Positions 48,296-60,439 of a stretch of DNA of 64,000 nt are shown here, one piece after another. The stretch comes from Raillietiella orientalis (lineage: Eukaryota), in NCBI GenBank assembly GCA_036172245.1, contig JAYWIR010000016.1, forward strand, positions 2,728,001-2,792,000, in the 5' to 3' direction. A program made the position numbers and the translations under genes. The notes below the pieces were generated by a model. The model did not search any database. It had not been told where the DNA came from and saw only the letters and a list, made by a program, of their open reading frames with translations. Position 1 is the first letter of the stretch. Every line of letters begins with the position of its first letter.

Positions 48296-51200
48296 CACAC
48301 GGAAAGGTACAGGAAAAGAGTGTGTGTGCTCTGAAAAGTTCCTTTTATTGTACACCAAACGATGCGAACTATTCATAATGTCAGACGAAAAATTTGCAAA
48401 CTTAAAATTGGAAAGACAAAAACTGGTTTGTCGTAGAGCAAAACATCAAAGAAACTTAACGCTCCATAAACGATGGGATCAAAACAACTTTGTAGTGCAA
48501 CCACAGCAAATATGAAAATATTACATTGTAAATGAATCTAATTACAGCATGAAAGGGGAAAGAAAACATATGTATCCGATCTGTGATTAGAGCATTACGT
48601 AACTCACAGAATAAGAACGCGCATATCTTCGATGGGAAATGCAATTTCTTGCCTTTGAAAAAACTCAACAAAAAATATCTCCATTGACATTTCCAATATT
48701 TCCAAAAATATTCCGTATTTCCATTTGATCAAAACAAAAAGGGTCTTCCCATCCGACCGCTCTTACTGTACGACTCGGTTTTTTCCTACTACGAATTCGC
48801 GTTTACGCAACTTCTGGATGGGTTTTCGCACGGTTTGCAGAATTACGAAAATTCATCACAGAACAATATGAGGCCTTTCAGTTCCTCACACGTGGTTAAT
48901 GCTTACCATAAACGTATGAGCACTTTAGGAAAAATGATGCACAACACAGTGAAGGTTTCAAACCGTGCAGAAAACAACACACAGTTAAGAAATTGGACGA
49001 ATTCAAAGGAAAACAAATCAACGGCGAATGTTTGCAGTTTCTTGAAGGTACAACTTTGAGGGGCCCCCGAAGAACGACTTTCCTTCCGCTTCCCACATAA
49101 GAAACGTTTTCCCGTTCTACACCGATTTGCAGCTAAGGCAATAACGAAGCAAAACCACGAAGCATCACTACATAACATCATTACATTACATTGGGTTCCT
49201 ACACTGCTCACAGCTTATATTCTTACATTCTTCAAAATTGTCATTTTTAAGTTTCTATTTACTGTGCTGGCTAATGATCAAATTAATAGTTAAGCTGAAA
49301 TAATTTCAGACAACAATAAAGTTTTACTCATGTATACTTCCAAGCAACACCTGACCAGCATGGTGTCTAAAGAAATGAAGGAATTTTTTGCCTACTTAAT
49401 TCTGGAAGTCTCCTCATGAAACCAATATTTTAATTCCGGTCACTATCCCACCATTCAACGACAGAAACAAAACTGAGAAGCAGCAGATAACATCACTCTG
49501 GCACTGCAGTTTACAAGGCATATAAAATATTGTTTCATGAGAATAACCAAATAAATAAATAAATAAATAAATAAAAACTGTGAGCTCACTCATCACATTC
49601 AGGGGCATAATGTTCAAAGAATGTCAGTTTGCATGAGAACTCGAAAAATAATCGCTCCGACAAAAAAAAAAAAAAAAAGGAATTCAACTAATTTTCTCTG
49701 ACACCACTACGAAAATCATTATTCGACTTACAGTAACGTAAATACAGATGAAAAAACTGCATGAGTATTTATTAAAATAGCTCTCTTTATCATTATTATA
49801 AATGTATAGAATCACAGACTCGGATTTTCATTATTAAGATTCACTAAACAAGGCTACTGCTTCATTACACACATAAAATTCCAATAATTACGAAACCATT
49901 TAAAAATTATACACTAGTAAATATGAACATCAGATACTAGGTCAGCATCTATCAGATACAAACTAACTACACTCCAAACTATGCAGCATTCATGCTGATT
50001 TATATAACAAGTTAAACTATTTTTAAATCTCTGATCAAACATTACATCACAAAAGAATGCATGCTGGTAAGAAAACCAAATTTGCAAATGAATTTTATTT
50101 ATCATAATTGCTTTTATGATAGTATACCATCAAAAATAATAGTACTTTGGATGGTACTTTGTCACCAAGCATGTACCAAAGATACACAGGATCAGTTCTT
50201 TTTCATTACTGTGAAAAAGAATAAAAATCCGTTCTAACAAAAAAAAGGAAGCTAACAACCACTTCATGAAATTTACAATCTAGGGCTCCTGAAAATTCAA
50301 TTTGTAATGGCTGTACTTTCTTAATTTCATTACAAAAACTTAAACCAAATTGGGATTGTTGAAAGCAAGAATTTGTTAGCAATCACTATAGCTTATTCTT
50401 GATGTTCTCTACAATCTCACAACTGCAAATCTTGTAAATACTAAGATGACAATCAGCCTGCATCGCTTAATATCACACTTTAATATTAAATTACTAGAAA
50501 ATATATGAATTATTAATATTCCAAAAGTTGCTCATCAATGGCAAATGCCAGAAAGAATTCATTTCCAAATAATTAAATGACTGGAGAATCCTTCAGATCA
50601 CTAGTTATCAATGTATCTGTGTTCAGCATCCATTGACAAGGGGCCTTTCACAAGATGATTATAACTTTTTGAAAACCATGTCTGCACTTCTTTCCAGGAT
50701 ACTTGAAAAGTAATTAAATTGCCAGATTATAAAAATTTATCTTTTTGGAATCTAAAAACGATGGTGAAAATTTACTTTAAACTAGGTGAATTCTACCCAC
50801 AGACCATTATTTAAGTACTTAAAAAAAATTATATGCACTTGCAGCTCGAACTTTATATGACTTTTGCACCAAAAACCAATGAAACTACTGACATTCCCTC
50901 AAAGTTTAAATAGGTTCAGCTAACTTACACAGCATTTAATTTGGTATATCAGTATATCATGGTGCAGATTCCATCCAAAACACCATGATGTACTGAATTT
51001 TATTTCATGAATGCTTCATCATCTTTGGTTGATTCAACCACAGGTCTCCTCAAAATGAAAGCATTGAAACTTTCAACAATCTTTCATATTTGAAACTGGG
51101 GGAAATGCTCCCTTACACTTCTTTAAATTTGTGATAAAAACACACTTTTATGATTTCTGAAATATCCTATGTAAATATAACAAAATGACAAATACCGTTC

Positions 51201-52949
51201 TTTGCTTGTATTCCTAGTCTAGCCCAGAGATACTTAATTCCTATGAATACAAAGATACTTAATTCATTATTTCTGCTTCTCAGTAAAACTGTGTCAACAT
51301 CAAATTGAACACAATAAAATTGGAAAAAACTTCATGAGCAGGCAAAAACAGCAAATGGAGATTATATATAGGAATTATTTGTTGGAAGCAAAATAAATTC
51401 TTAAATTAAATTGCCATAATGGTTCCTGACATCAGTAAGTATGTAAGTAACCCTCTTTCCATTTTTATCATGGATTGGAATTGTTAATTAATGAAAACTA
51501 CGTGAACTGGCATGCTATGATTACAAGGAAATAGGGAACTACTTCCCTGTAAGGATAAATAGCCACATGACAACAATAATGAATTAAAAATGGAATAACA
51601 TAAGTAGGAATAGCAGCTGCCCAGAAATTGTGTATACTATGTGGGCAGTAGGTTTTCAGCCAAGCATGGAACAAACAGTTTCTTGCTTATCACTGAAGGT
51701 GATTGAAAGAAAATCGCAGACTAATATCAATGATGTTCTCTATGTTTATGTTTCAAAAAAATAAAGAAACAAATAACCTAAGCAGTTTCTCATTTTATTA
51801 CTTGCATTGTTTGTGCAATTGTTACTTTATTTGGCAACAATCTTCTTTTGAAATGTATCTAAGAAGATAGGTAGATCTCATTCCTAACCAAAATGCAGGT
51901 ATAATCCTCCTGCAAACAATCATCATATTGACATGTTCAGTAATTAATTTCACTTTTACTGTAACGACAGTTACTGATATGCACTTTATTATTTACTACA
52001 TTTTTTTGATTTTCCATGCCAAGATTTTCAGTTTATGCTTCTTTAGATTTTCTTTCAAAACTGTAAAGGTACTTTCGTGGTAATTTCTCAAGTGGTACAG
52101 GTGTCAACCATTTCTCTGTATCTGATTTTACTTCCAAGCTTTTCCATTTTAAAAGCCATTTTCTTTTTTTTTTTTTTTCCTTATATCTCACTCACAGACA
52201 TCAAATGCACTCCTTCAATTTGTTTCACGAAAGATCCGATTACTATCCAGCTTACTTAGTTTGGTTGAATATCTTGTCTAAGACAGAATACCATCCAATA
52301 AATCATACAACCCATTAAGATCCATATTTTCCAAAAAGCATCAGAACCAACAACATGGATGTGTGAATACACAACAGTTTATTTATGGCAGGCATGCAAA
52401 CACACAGATTCAATGACAATGTAGTTATATTAAGGCACGTTCATATAATAAATGGGATTTTTTTCTGAAGTGAGACTGCAAGGCCTGATTTTCATTGATA
52501 AGCAGTTTACGAAAACGGCCACGATTATCTTCTCTCGAATGGGCTATAATATGAGAAAACCGCACACACATACACACACAAGAGTGGAAAACACTATTTC
52601 ATTCCCAGTAGGAACTGGAAGATTCAGCCCAAGTAGAAGTTTCACGAATTTAGCGGGAAGCATCTTCCTGAAAGTGAATTACTTATTGCACTGGAAAAAT
52701 GGTTGCACAAGACCCCAGTCCGATTCACGGACGAACTGGGAAACCGGTGGCCGACCACGCAAAAAAAGGTTTTCTCGACATTTCTCGACGAACAGTTTGT
52801 TTTACTTACTTAATATCACGTGGAAGCGTTAAAAGAGCTATTCCAATCCATTTGCTGAATATGCACGTGGACACGATACATATTGCTGACAAGGTTATAA
52901 ACTGTATAACACTAATATCCAGATCATAACTGAACATTTCAAAGGACAT
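32582..52949 (-). CDS. Fatp: FATP paralog C (SLC27A1/4-like), complete, 8 coding exons, about 632 aa. Exons: 52949-52810, 40411-40261, 40197-39960, 39896-39677, 38263-38062, 33680-33488, 33439-32840, 32736-32582
   Basis: Same motifs as B ([52 protein letters not shown]), ending NQEMKL-stop; exon sum is 1899 nt. Exon 1 (MSFEMFSYDLDISVIQFITLSAICIVSTCIFSKWIGIALLTLPRDI, phase-2 GTAAGT donor, upstream in-frame TAA) was found by reading and is too short for the ORF track. The start could be 52949 or 52937. Confidence 0.9.
35250..35560 (-). mobile_element. Possible RT fragment in intron 5 of paralog C
   Basis: GPSIPRIPAMAFGAGG..FTSL resembles GPDGIPAEFLKAGG..LTxL. Confidence 0.3.
41085..41156. repeat. 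Short tandem repeat, 12-nt unit AGAATGATACTT (about 6 imperfect copies)
   Basis: Four near-exact units plus two truncated or variant units, seen directly. Confidence 0.85.
44980..45590 (+). mobile_element. Degenerate non-LTR RT core in intron 1 of paralog C
   Basis: FLVDYQHS (FVDYEKA), QDLQWNPCTF, YFGD, MQALLQELS..LCI. Confidence 0.4.
48244..48294. repeat. (GA)n and (TA)n microsatellites
   Basis: gagagagagagag followed by about 16 TA units. Confidence 0.9.
49548..49575. repeat. (AAAT)n microsatellite
   Basis: About six tandem aaat units. Confidence 0.9.
51400..51780 (+). mobile_element. AT-rich degenerate RT fragment
   Basis: ENY, then AVGFQPSMEQTVSCLSLKVIERK..VLYVYVSKK (QxGFxPxRSxxDxIxxLxxLxEK..LYxxFxDxKK). 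Confidence 0.35.
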
Positions 52950-53059
52950 ACTTCTTTACATTCCTTCCTTACGTACATAAATGCGATATTGCTGTTTGGA
53001 CCGTTTGATACAATTTCGAAGCTGAATCAAAAATCACCAGACTTCAGTACCACAAGAAA

Positions 53060-53350
53060 CGGCGGGCGGGCAAAGCACATATTCGACAAGGTGAAAGCTG
53101 GGGTGTGGGTGTGTTTTTTCTTCTTTTCCTTCTTTTTCCCTCGGACGTGAGAACTTGGTGCTTCCTCGGAGAGAGAGAGTAGGCCTCTGCCTTTCGAGCG
53201 GCCGCAGGGTTCCCCTCGACTCCGCGCCCGTCAGCGGCGAAACGTCCGCTCCTCCCGTGCCACTCTTGCCATCAGACGCACGCGAATTCTCGCTCCGCAC
53301 GCAGCACGGGAACGCCCGCCCGCGGACGAAGGCGCGCGCGGACTTGCCCC
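53060..53350 (-). promoter_or_regulatory. CpG-rich island just upstream of paralog C exon 1; candidate promoter / 5' UTR
   Basis: An abrupt GC- and CpG-rich patch (GC-box-like cgcccgcccgc, ggcgggcggg) inside AT-rich sequence, 100-400 nt 5' of the ATG. Confidence 0.45.
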
Positions 53351-53364
53351 CCCAGCATCTGTTA

Positions 53365-53398
53365 TGGTTGTTGCTGCTGCTGTTGTTGTTGTTGTTGT
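53365..53398. repeat. (TGT/TGC)n microsatellite
   Basis: ggttgttgctgctgctgttgttgttgttgttg. Confidence 0.85.
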
Positions 53399-54199
53399 GT
53401 ACCTATTCGGTACGCCTCGTGGAAACGAGAGAGGAAAAAAAAATGAACTGCCCCAATAAACGTTGGCACGAATCGAAAAAAAATTTCAGAAAAAATGCAC
53501 CGCAGCACACACGGTGAACCCATTTCATTGATTCTTTGGAGTGATTGGGCTGATTTTTTTTTTTTTTTTTTTTTTCACGTAAAAGCAGAAATTGCCTAAC
53601 CTCCAACAGGGAGAAGAAAAAAAAAGCCATTTCTAATTGAGGAGATCGATGAGAAAATAGTACAGAAATCTGATCCTCGGCCATCGAAAAACTACTCATT
53701 TCCCGGTAATTCCTCCTCGTTTGTTTCCATACCTGACTGTGGTGCACAAAGTAAACGCGTTCTACTGGCGCAAAACACTAATGGTGTGCAGAGAATCAAG
53801 TCGAAAAATTATAAGAGCCTCCGGGAATTCGTCCTTTTTGCACATTGATTTTCATTGTTCCTCAAAGAGTTTTTCTCGAAACTTCAGAGACCGAGAAAAC
53901 TTGCAACTCTAACGGAACCCACGGATCCTCTACATCACAGTGCAACTAATTGATCATTTCCCACCGTCTTCCGGATTTCATGCGATTGCAAAATGCTGTT
54001 TTCTCCGGAAATCATCGATTTCATCCAGCAAAACTTGGGCTGGACCTCGTCAGCGCAATGATCCTTTTTCCCAATACACGAAGATGCAGTGTCTTGCTTA
54101 TTCCCAGCAACCAGCTTTCAAACTTGTAGCACCCCCCATTTGCTGGTCTTGGCTTCTTCTGAAGTTTGAAGTTATCCTGTAGCACTGCACATTAACTGC

Positions 54200-55400
54200 G
54201 GACTTTTGCAGAAATCTATCCTTTTCCAAGTGAAAATCCAATAACTGTTTAGGAGAAAAAGGACAAGCTGGTGCTAGAGAGTCCTAAATTGAGGAAGCAA
54301 CTGTGGAAACGAAGCCTTCCAAAGTGAATGAGAGACAGCTAACTGGTTTCGAAAATTATTGCTTATTGCTGAATCACTGAGTTTTAAGCTAATTATGCGC
54401 AAAATTTATTCGAGTGCTCTTGGAACTTCCTCGAAAGGATTTTTCGGAATTGAAATCGGTCTTCACTTTTTCGTTACTGTATGGGCTCCCACGCTTAGTT
54501 TGCTCAGTCATCAGTTGCTGCAATTTGGAATCGTGTATTCATGCAAAAGAATTCATGAACTGCTTTACGACCACACAGCTACCACTTCAGATCATACGAT
54601 CTTTTATTTTTCCTCGATAGACTTTGTAGCAGCACTTTGTAGCTCGATTCGAGTTATGACGTCGTCTTTTCCAGATCCAAGAACCTCCGATGGTGGACAC
54701 AAGGTCCGCTGAACTCGTACTTCGAATTCAGGTCCCTCGGATCGTAATCCCCCTTATACGCCCCAGCATCCAAGTGTTTCGTGGACCAAGGGATGAACGC
54801 GATTGCGACTATGTACATTCGCTCGTGGTTAGTCGGTACATCAGGAGACTCGAGCCTGCACCTGTATGCACTACAGCATTCCTGAGAGCACACATTGGGA
54901 GCACTCTAACAGTTCATCTGAACGAAAATGAACGGCAACACGGAAATGAACCAGGAAAATAAATAGCAAGCACTGATCGAATGCATGGTTTCCTCTTCCC
55001 CTTCGAAATGCGCCAATGCTTTGAATATCGAAAGCTTTCAGTCGGAAGGAAATGGGACTCGGGAGACTGAAGGTCTTCGAATCCTCTGAACATCGTATTG
55101 CTTTTTGTTTGGCAGTGATGCTTATCCACCTGGAACATTTGTTTACTTTCCATCCACTAAACTTGAGATCGGGATACCCGTCTCACTTACTAATGCCTAC
55201 CTGTCGACGTTTCTGATTTCGTACTCACGCATGAAGTGTCCACAATACATCCAGTATTGCATGTCAACTGGACAAAGACAATACAGCTGAAACCAGAAGA
55301 GTGGAAAACTGAAGGTCTTTCGCGGCTAAAGTCGAGTTCTTGGAAGCAAAAGTTCAAGAGATGTGGAGAACGTAATCAACGTGCTCATGATTCGGAACTA
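54200..55400 (+). mobile_element. Degenerate RTE-like LINE RT core plus C-terminal region
   Basis: LWKRSLPK*MRDS, ENYC, FKLIMRKI, LLQFGI..LLYDHT, IHPVL..NWT and KLKVF..RVLG..DVEN occur in RT order. Confidence 0.5.
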
Positions 55401-55857
55401 TTCAGAGAAACTTTCTTTTGTTTGTTTGTTCCTATTCGAGTTTCGTGCCAACAGATCGACTACATAACCAATAACCAACCAGTTCATTTCAACACTTGCT
55501 GAATAAACAATTTCGAAATATCCAAGTTACAGAAACCGAATGATGATTTGACATCTTTGTGCAATATGCAACCTTAGCTCTGTTGCGGTTTCTTTCCTTT
55601 ATTCTCGAGATATCACGTGGCATGGATGCAAAAGGAGGAAATCAAATAAGGGATAAACTTCATAGGTGAATGCGGACACCTGAATTCAGGTTTCATGAAG
55701 GCCTCGAATCTAAAAAAGGAAATGCTGGAGTAAGAAAGAGCAACTCCAATGCGGTGTTGCGTTTCTTTAACTACGGGATAAAGATGACCGTATATGAGAC
55801 GACATGTCGATTTCGTTCATTTCTACTCTGGAGATTAATCACATGGAGGTGTCCAGC

Positions 55858-55889
55858 TCAGCAGCAGCAGCAGCAACAACAACAACAAC
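55858..55889. repeat. (CAG)n(CAA)n microsatellite
   Basis: cagcagcagcagcagcaacaacaacaacaac. Confidence 0.9.
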
Positions 55890-55929
55890 CAGAAAAAACG
55901 CTGTGACAATGAGCAAACTTCTACTGAAA

Positions 55930-56500
55930 ATCAGAAATTGGGTTCAAAAGTAACTGAAGAGTTCAAGTTTTCAAACACAGCTACATGAATACTTTCCTCC
56001 ATTCCATCCACAGTGGACGGACGTTCCATCGTAGGTATGTACCAATGAGCAAACAAGAATAGAGAGAGCAACTCTGTGAGGAATAAGTACTTACTGCAGC
56101 AACCTTGTTTCCGTAGATGGCTTCCATCGTCCTCAGCGTTGGACACATTCTCAAATTCGGGATTCTGGTAGGCACGAAAGCGGAGCGGCGCCCCGACGAC
56201 CAGCTGTTTCTTCAGCTCCGTTAGCAACCTGCTCCTTCTCGAAATTCGCGCCTGAGGTTCTTTCACGGAGCTCGATTCTAGAATGGCCGGAAGACAAATA
56301 TCGTGCCCATTCATCTATGCCAACTGCTTCGATTCTCGGATCAATCCTGTTCCTCATCCTTTTTCTCTTCTAATCCTTCAATGTCTTTTTCGTTTCATCC
56401 CATGTGGAGTGTTGCGCATCTCTTCTTCTTTCGCCTCATCCGAGCATCTTCGTACTTCCGTGCCCCTCGACGTCTACTGAAGATCGAATTTTCTATCGAC
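55930..56500 (-). mobile_element. Possible RT fragment
   Basis: EWARYL, ELKKQL, HLRKQGCCSKY..LLS, RPSTVDGM (RSTVDQI). Confidence 0.35.
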
Positions 56501-56774
56501 TGTTTCCGTCTGTGATTTTGGGCAGCTGTGGTCTGCTTTTATCATCGCGAGGCTTCCTTCAGCCCAGCTGGTCAAAGTGCATCTCTCCACCACACACTCA
56601 GCCTGGAGATAGGAGGACCACCTGATGTGATGCGCGATCAGCAGATGTGCAGGAGCAACGAATTCAACTGATCCTGGCTCGGACTTGATGTGGTCCATCC
56701 TCTTGTTCAGCTCATGCCCCGGTACTCCGGGGATTCAGCTTTACCGGAAGACGCAGTGATTTTCGCGTAGCGGA

Positions 56775-57230
56775 TGCTGGACCGTTTGCTTCCGATGAAA
56801 TGAAGAGCGGAGAAGGGGAGAGAACGATCGTTTTCCACCGGAGGTAATTGTGGTGGAATGGATAGGGGCGCGGCACGTGGAAAGGGGCGGAAGGCATAGG
56901 GAACGGGAGAACGAGGAAGGAAGCGAGGAGGATACAACAGCTTGGGAAAGTCTGCAGTTCGTCCTCCTCTCCTTTTGCAAAGCGGCTAACAGGGCACCTG
57001 GCCGGGAGGGAGCTTTCAAGGATAGGTCGCAGAGCACTGCTCCTGCGGTGATTTTCGGTACTTTTCGAGAGGGGGCCCTCCTGTCCGAATCCCGTGGAAT
57101 CTTAGCAGCTCCCGAGACGGCTGCTAGCAAGCCACGGGAGCCCAGCAAGCCGTAAGCGGGGTGACCCGGCCCACCTCGTGAGCACCGTCGTCAGATTCGA
57201 ACCTCTGACGATCCGACCAGAAGACGGCCA
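56775..57230 (+). mobile_element. Degenerate RT fragment homologous to 560-800 and 16405-17200
   Basis: Collinear nucleotide blocks shared with those loci; TAPAVIFGTF and a YADD-like taagcggggtgac. Confidence 0.35.
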
Positions 57231-57599
57231 TTGAGCCACCCACATCCGCGGCTCATCTAGTTTCCAGAATGCTGATCTTTTCCCTTTTCTGTCTGGAATC
57301 ATGTCACCGCAGAGCGTCGCACAGAGTCGAGAAAACTTATAAATAGAAACTGCCCGCTGCATCGGACGAGGATGCGTCTCGAAGGCACGTGCAGAAGGCA
57401 TGGGGCAGAGTGCGTACAACTCCTCAAAAGAATGCACTTCTATCCTGAACTTCTTCGCCGCTCTTGGCCGCAGAGCTACCCCCATCCGGGTTTTCTCTGA
57501 AAACTTGGGTGTACACAGTATTGGGATGCTTTGGAGTGTTTGCTTCACCGTCTCTCCCATTTCGTCGTTTCGAGGGCTCTAGGATATGAGGGCAACGGC

Positions 57600-58700
57600 T
57601 GTCGGGGCTCGGAACGATGTTTCTCGGGAAAGATGACGGCAAAGTGGCCTTGGATCAGCCGGTTCCTGGAACCGATCGCAAGGACGCCACCGATCTCGAC
57701 CGAGCTACAGAGAGACCGAGGAGCGAGCACAGTGGCCTGGCGACGTCGCCTGCTCCTAAGAATCGCCAATGCACAAAGGCTTGAGGGTAGGCGAAGACAG
57801 TGCACCAAGACGCAACGAAGACACAGTCTCCACTGTGCCTCTGGAGTAGCATTTGCGACAGTGCGAGCGAGAGGATTCACCTGAAGAACGATAGCTTCGT
57901 CGGAAGGAGATAAGCGGGACGGACGGGTCGCGGAGAAGCCTCCCCCGCCCCTCCCTGCCACTGGTTGCGCTCTCTGTTGGCACACTTCGCAAATAACAAA
58001 TGTGAATTTAGAGGAACGCAACTCCTTAGAGATGCGGTTTCTATCGTGAAGCGCCCTATCGTGTGGACATCTTTCTGCGTATTCGTGAGCGAAAAATTGC
58101 AAAGCATTCCTCGAGAGCAAGAAAAAGACCAGGCACGCATGCCTACGAGGCATCTTTTCAAAAAACAACCCTTTTCCGAAAACGATGTTTGTAAAGCATG
58201 CAATGAAGGCACACCGGGTCCCACAGGAAATATTCAATAGGGAACGGTCACTGCCTAATTCTGCTTTTATTTTGTTTTGCTTTTCGAAAAAGAAAAACGA
58301 AAAACCTTGTCACACTGGTGCGAAAATCTGGTCTTTCTTTCCTTTCAGGGAGCTTCGCACTCTTGCACACTTTCTCCTCACTCCTCTCTTCATCTCCGGA
58401 CACAGTTCTTCAGAACTGGGAGCATCCCCTGCGGCTTCGAACCACCCGTCTTTCTTCGAGTTTCTCTTCGACTCGACTACCGAAGTTTCAATTCGCTGCG
58501 TTTCGCTCATCAATTCTTCCGGATGGATTGCGATTCTACCGTTTCAATTGTCAGTTCTTCTGAACGTCTTCCCCAGCATCTAAATCGAGATGAAGATGTA
58601 TCGCCCTGCTCAAAACGATTCTCTGCAATCTCATCAGCACTGTGAAAATGAGACGAGTTGTGGGCGCAGTTTCTTCCGGAAGGTCTTTTGTCGATTCTGG
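57600..58700 (+). mobile_element. Degenerate non-LTR RT core
   Basis: RRHSLHCASGVAFA (YRGISLLxxxGKxFA), KCEFR..RDAV (QCGFR..DAI), PSFFEFLFD, IALL, LQ. Confidence 0.45.
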
Positions 58701-60439
58701 ATTCTCGGTCCAGCACTGACGAATGCTACTGTTAGGATTTCAAACGCCACACCCCCTTCAGAGTTATTTTGCAAATGAAACCACCATCTCCTTTATTCTC
58801 CATGGTCGAAACCATGACCCGCAGGCAGTGAGGTTTCAATGTCGCGACGGAGGATTGATGTCTAGGTGAAACTTTGAAAATCCCGATCGACTACCAATGT
58901 ACTCTACGGGGCTTGCTTAAATCTAGAGTGAGTTTCCCGGCATAGTTTTCTATTCTTCAGGCTTGAAAAAAAAAGGCAATCCGAAAAGTGTTGAGCTTAA
59001 AACCAGTGTTGAAAACATACGAATGGCTCTGTGCTTACTATGCGATTCTTTGGTCGGTAGCCGCTTTTGCACCCAGTGCCAAGGTCTGCTCCCTTCTCTA
59101 TCAACAGCTGAGCGAAAACAATGATACCTTTTGAACAGCAGGATGCAGAGATGCATAGCCCACTTGCTCACAAATGTTAATACTGGCTTTGACTTCCAAT
59201 AACATTTTCATAATCTTCACTTTTTTCATCTTTTTTAACTCTCATTCTTTTTTCACTTCATCATCTTTTTTAACTGCTAGTGGCAGAGTTCTGCCGCTTC
59301 TGACGACAGCATCAATCTTAAACTTCAATTAGGACTACTTAGTGTCACCATTACAGCTAGGCTACTGCCATCGTGGTCATATTTGCAAGCAAGGGAGAGA
59401 GATAATTCTACTTTGAAAAGTTTCGTGCTCCTGTAGAGAGGAGCGTTTGCTTCTCCCCACAAATCCAGAATTTCACCATGCTGAGCATGCTCTGTCCCAT
59501 TGGAATTGAATTTTCTAAACAGCAAGGATCCACCTCACCACAGCACGTCTCGATATGCGTCTCTACTCAGGAGTCCTGCCAAAGCTGTGTGGACTTTGAC
59601 TTGTAGCATCAGTCGCTGAATGATGCTGCCATTTATCTGACAAATTATCACTCGCTGGTGAAGTGCTCGTTGCAAAAAAACGAGCTGCAGCGGTCTCCCT
59701 GTTGGCTTCCATGCAACTGGTAATGAATTCTTGGTCTTCCCTGCGAAAGTCTAGGATATTCTGAGTGATCCACAAAACTGGGAAGGGAAGGAGGTCTCTC
59801 TTATGTGTACTCGCCAGCTGCATCTGTACCAAGGAATAAGCTGAGGGTATTCTTTGCTGTATTTTTTTTTTGGTGTTGTTGTTGTTCCAAATGTCTTCTA
59901 ACAAAGGAAAGTTCTGGACTGTGTTTCTTCCAAAACATTCTTGTGTCATCAGTACCACAGTTCGACGGCCTCCGTCCCTAATGATCTCGATGCCAGTCTC
60001 AGGATAAATCAACCTGTAAGTGAAGGAGCAGCACTTTCACTGGCACTGGCAACTTGATGGGTGACTCTGTGCCAGCTGTGTCCTGCAGATAGACATGATG
60101 ATCTGACTCTCACAATGCACCTTTGTGCTTCATCATCAGACAAATCTCGAGGACAAGAGCAGGTTTTGAAAATATATCCCTCATTATCTGTTTCTGTATT
60201 CCTTCACTCAAATGGCACTGTTATAATGGGGAGGGGGGAGGCAAATCCAAAGAAAAAAGAAAAAAAACAGCCGAGCCACACGCACCGCCGCCGCCAAGTC
60301 ATAAAAAAAAAGATGCGTTTCAAACATCCGTGTTTCGACTTTGCTTTCTTTTCGCTTTTGCTTTCTGCACCGTTCCTTCCCCCTCTCTGCCACTGAGGAA
60401 GGAAGAAAATTCCAAAACACTGAATAAAGAAATGGGCTG

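Noticed and set aside
49200..52480. Nested protein-coding gene inside intron 1 of C
   Set aside because: No consistent exon chain. The protein-like stretches match decayed LINE motifs.
59563..60012. 149-aa minus-strand ORF preceded by a good acceptor
   Set aside because: No recognisable domain or partner exons, and the frame runs through simple repeats. It cannot be supported as a gene.
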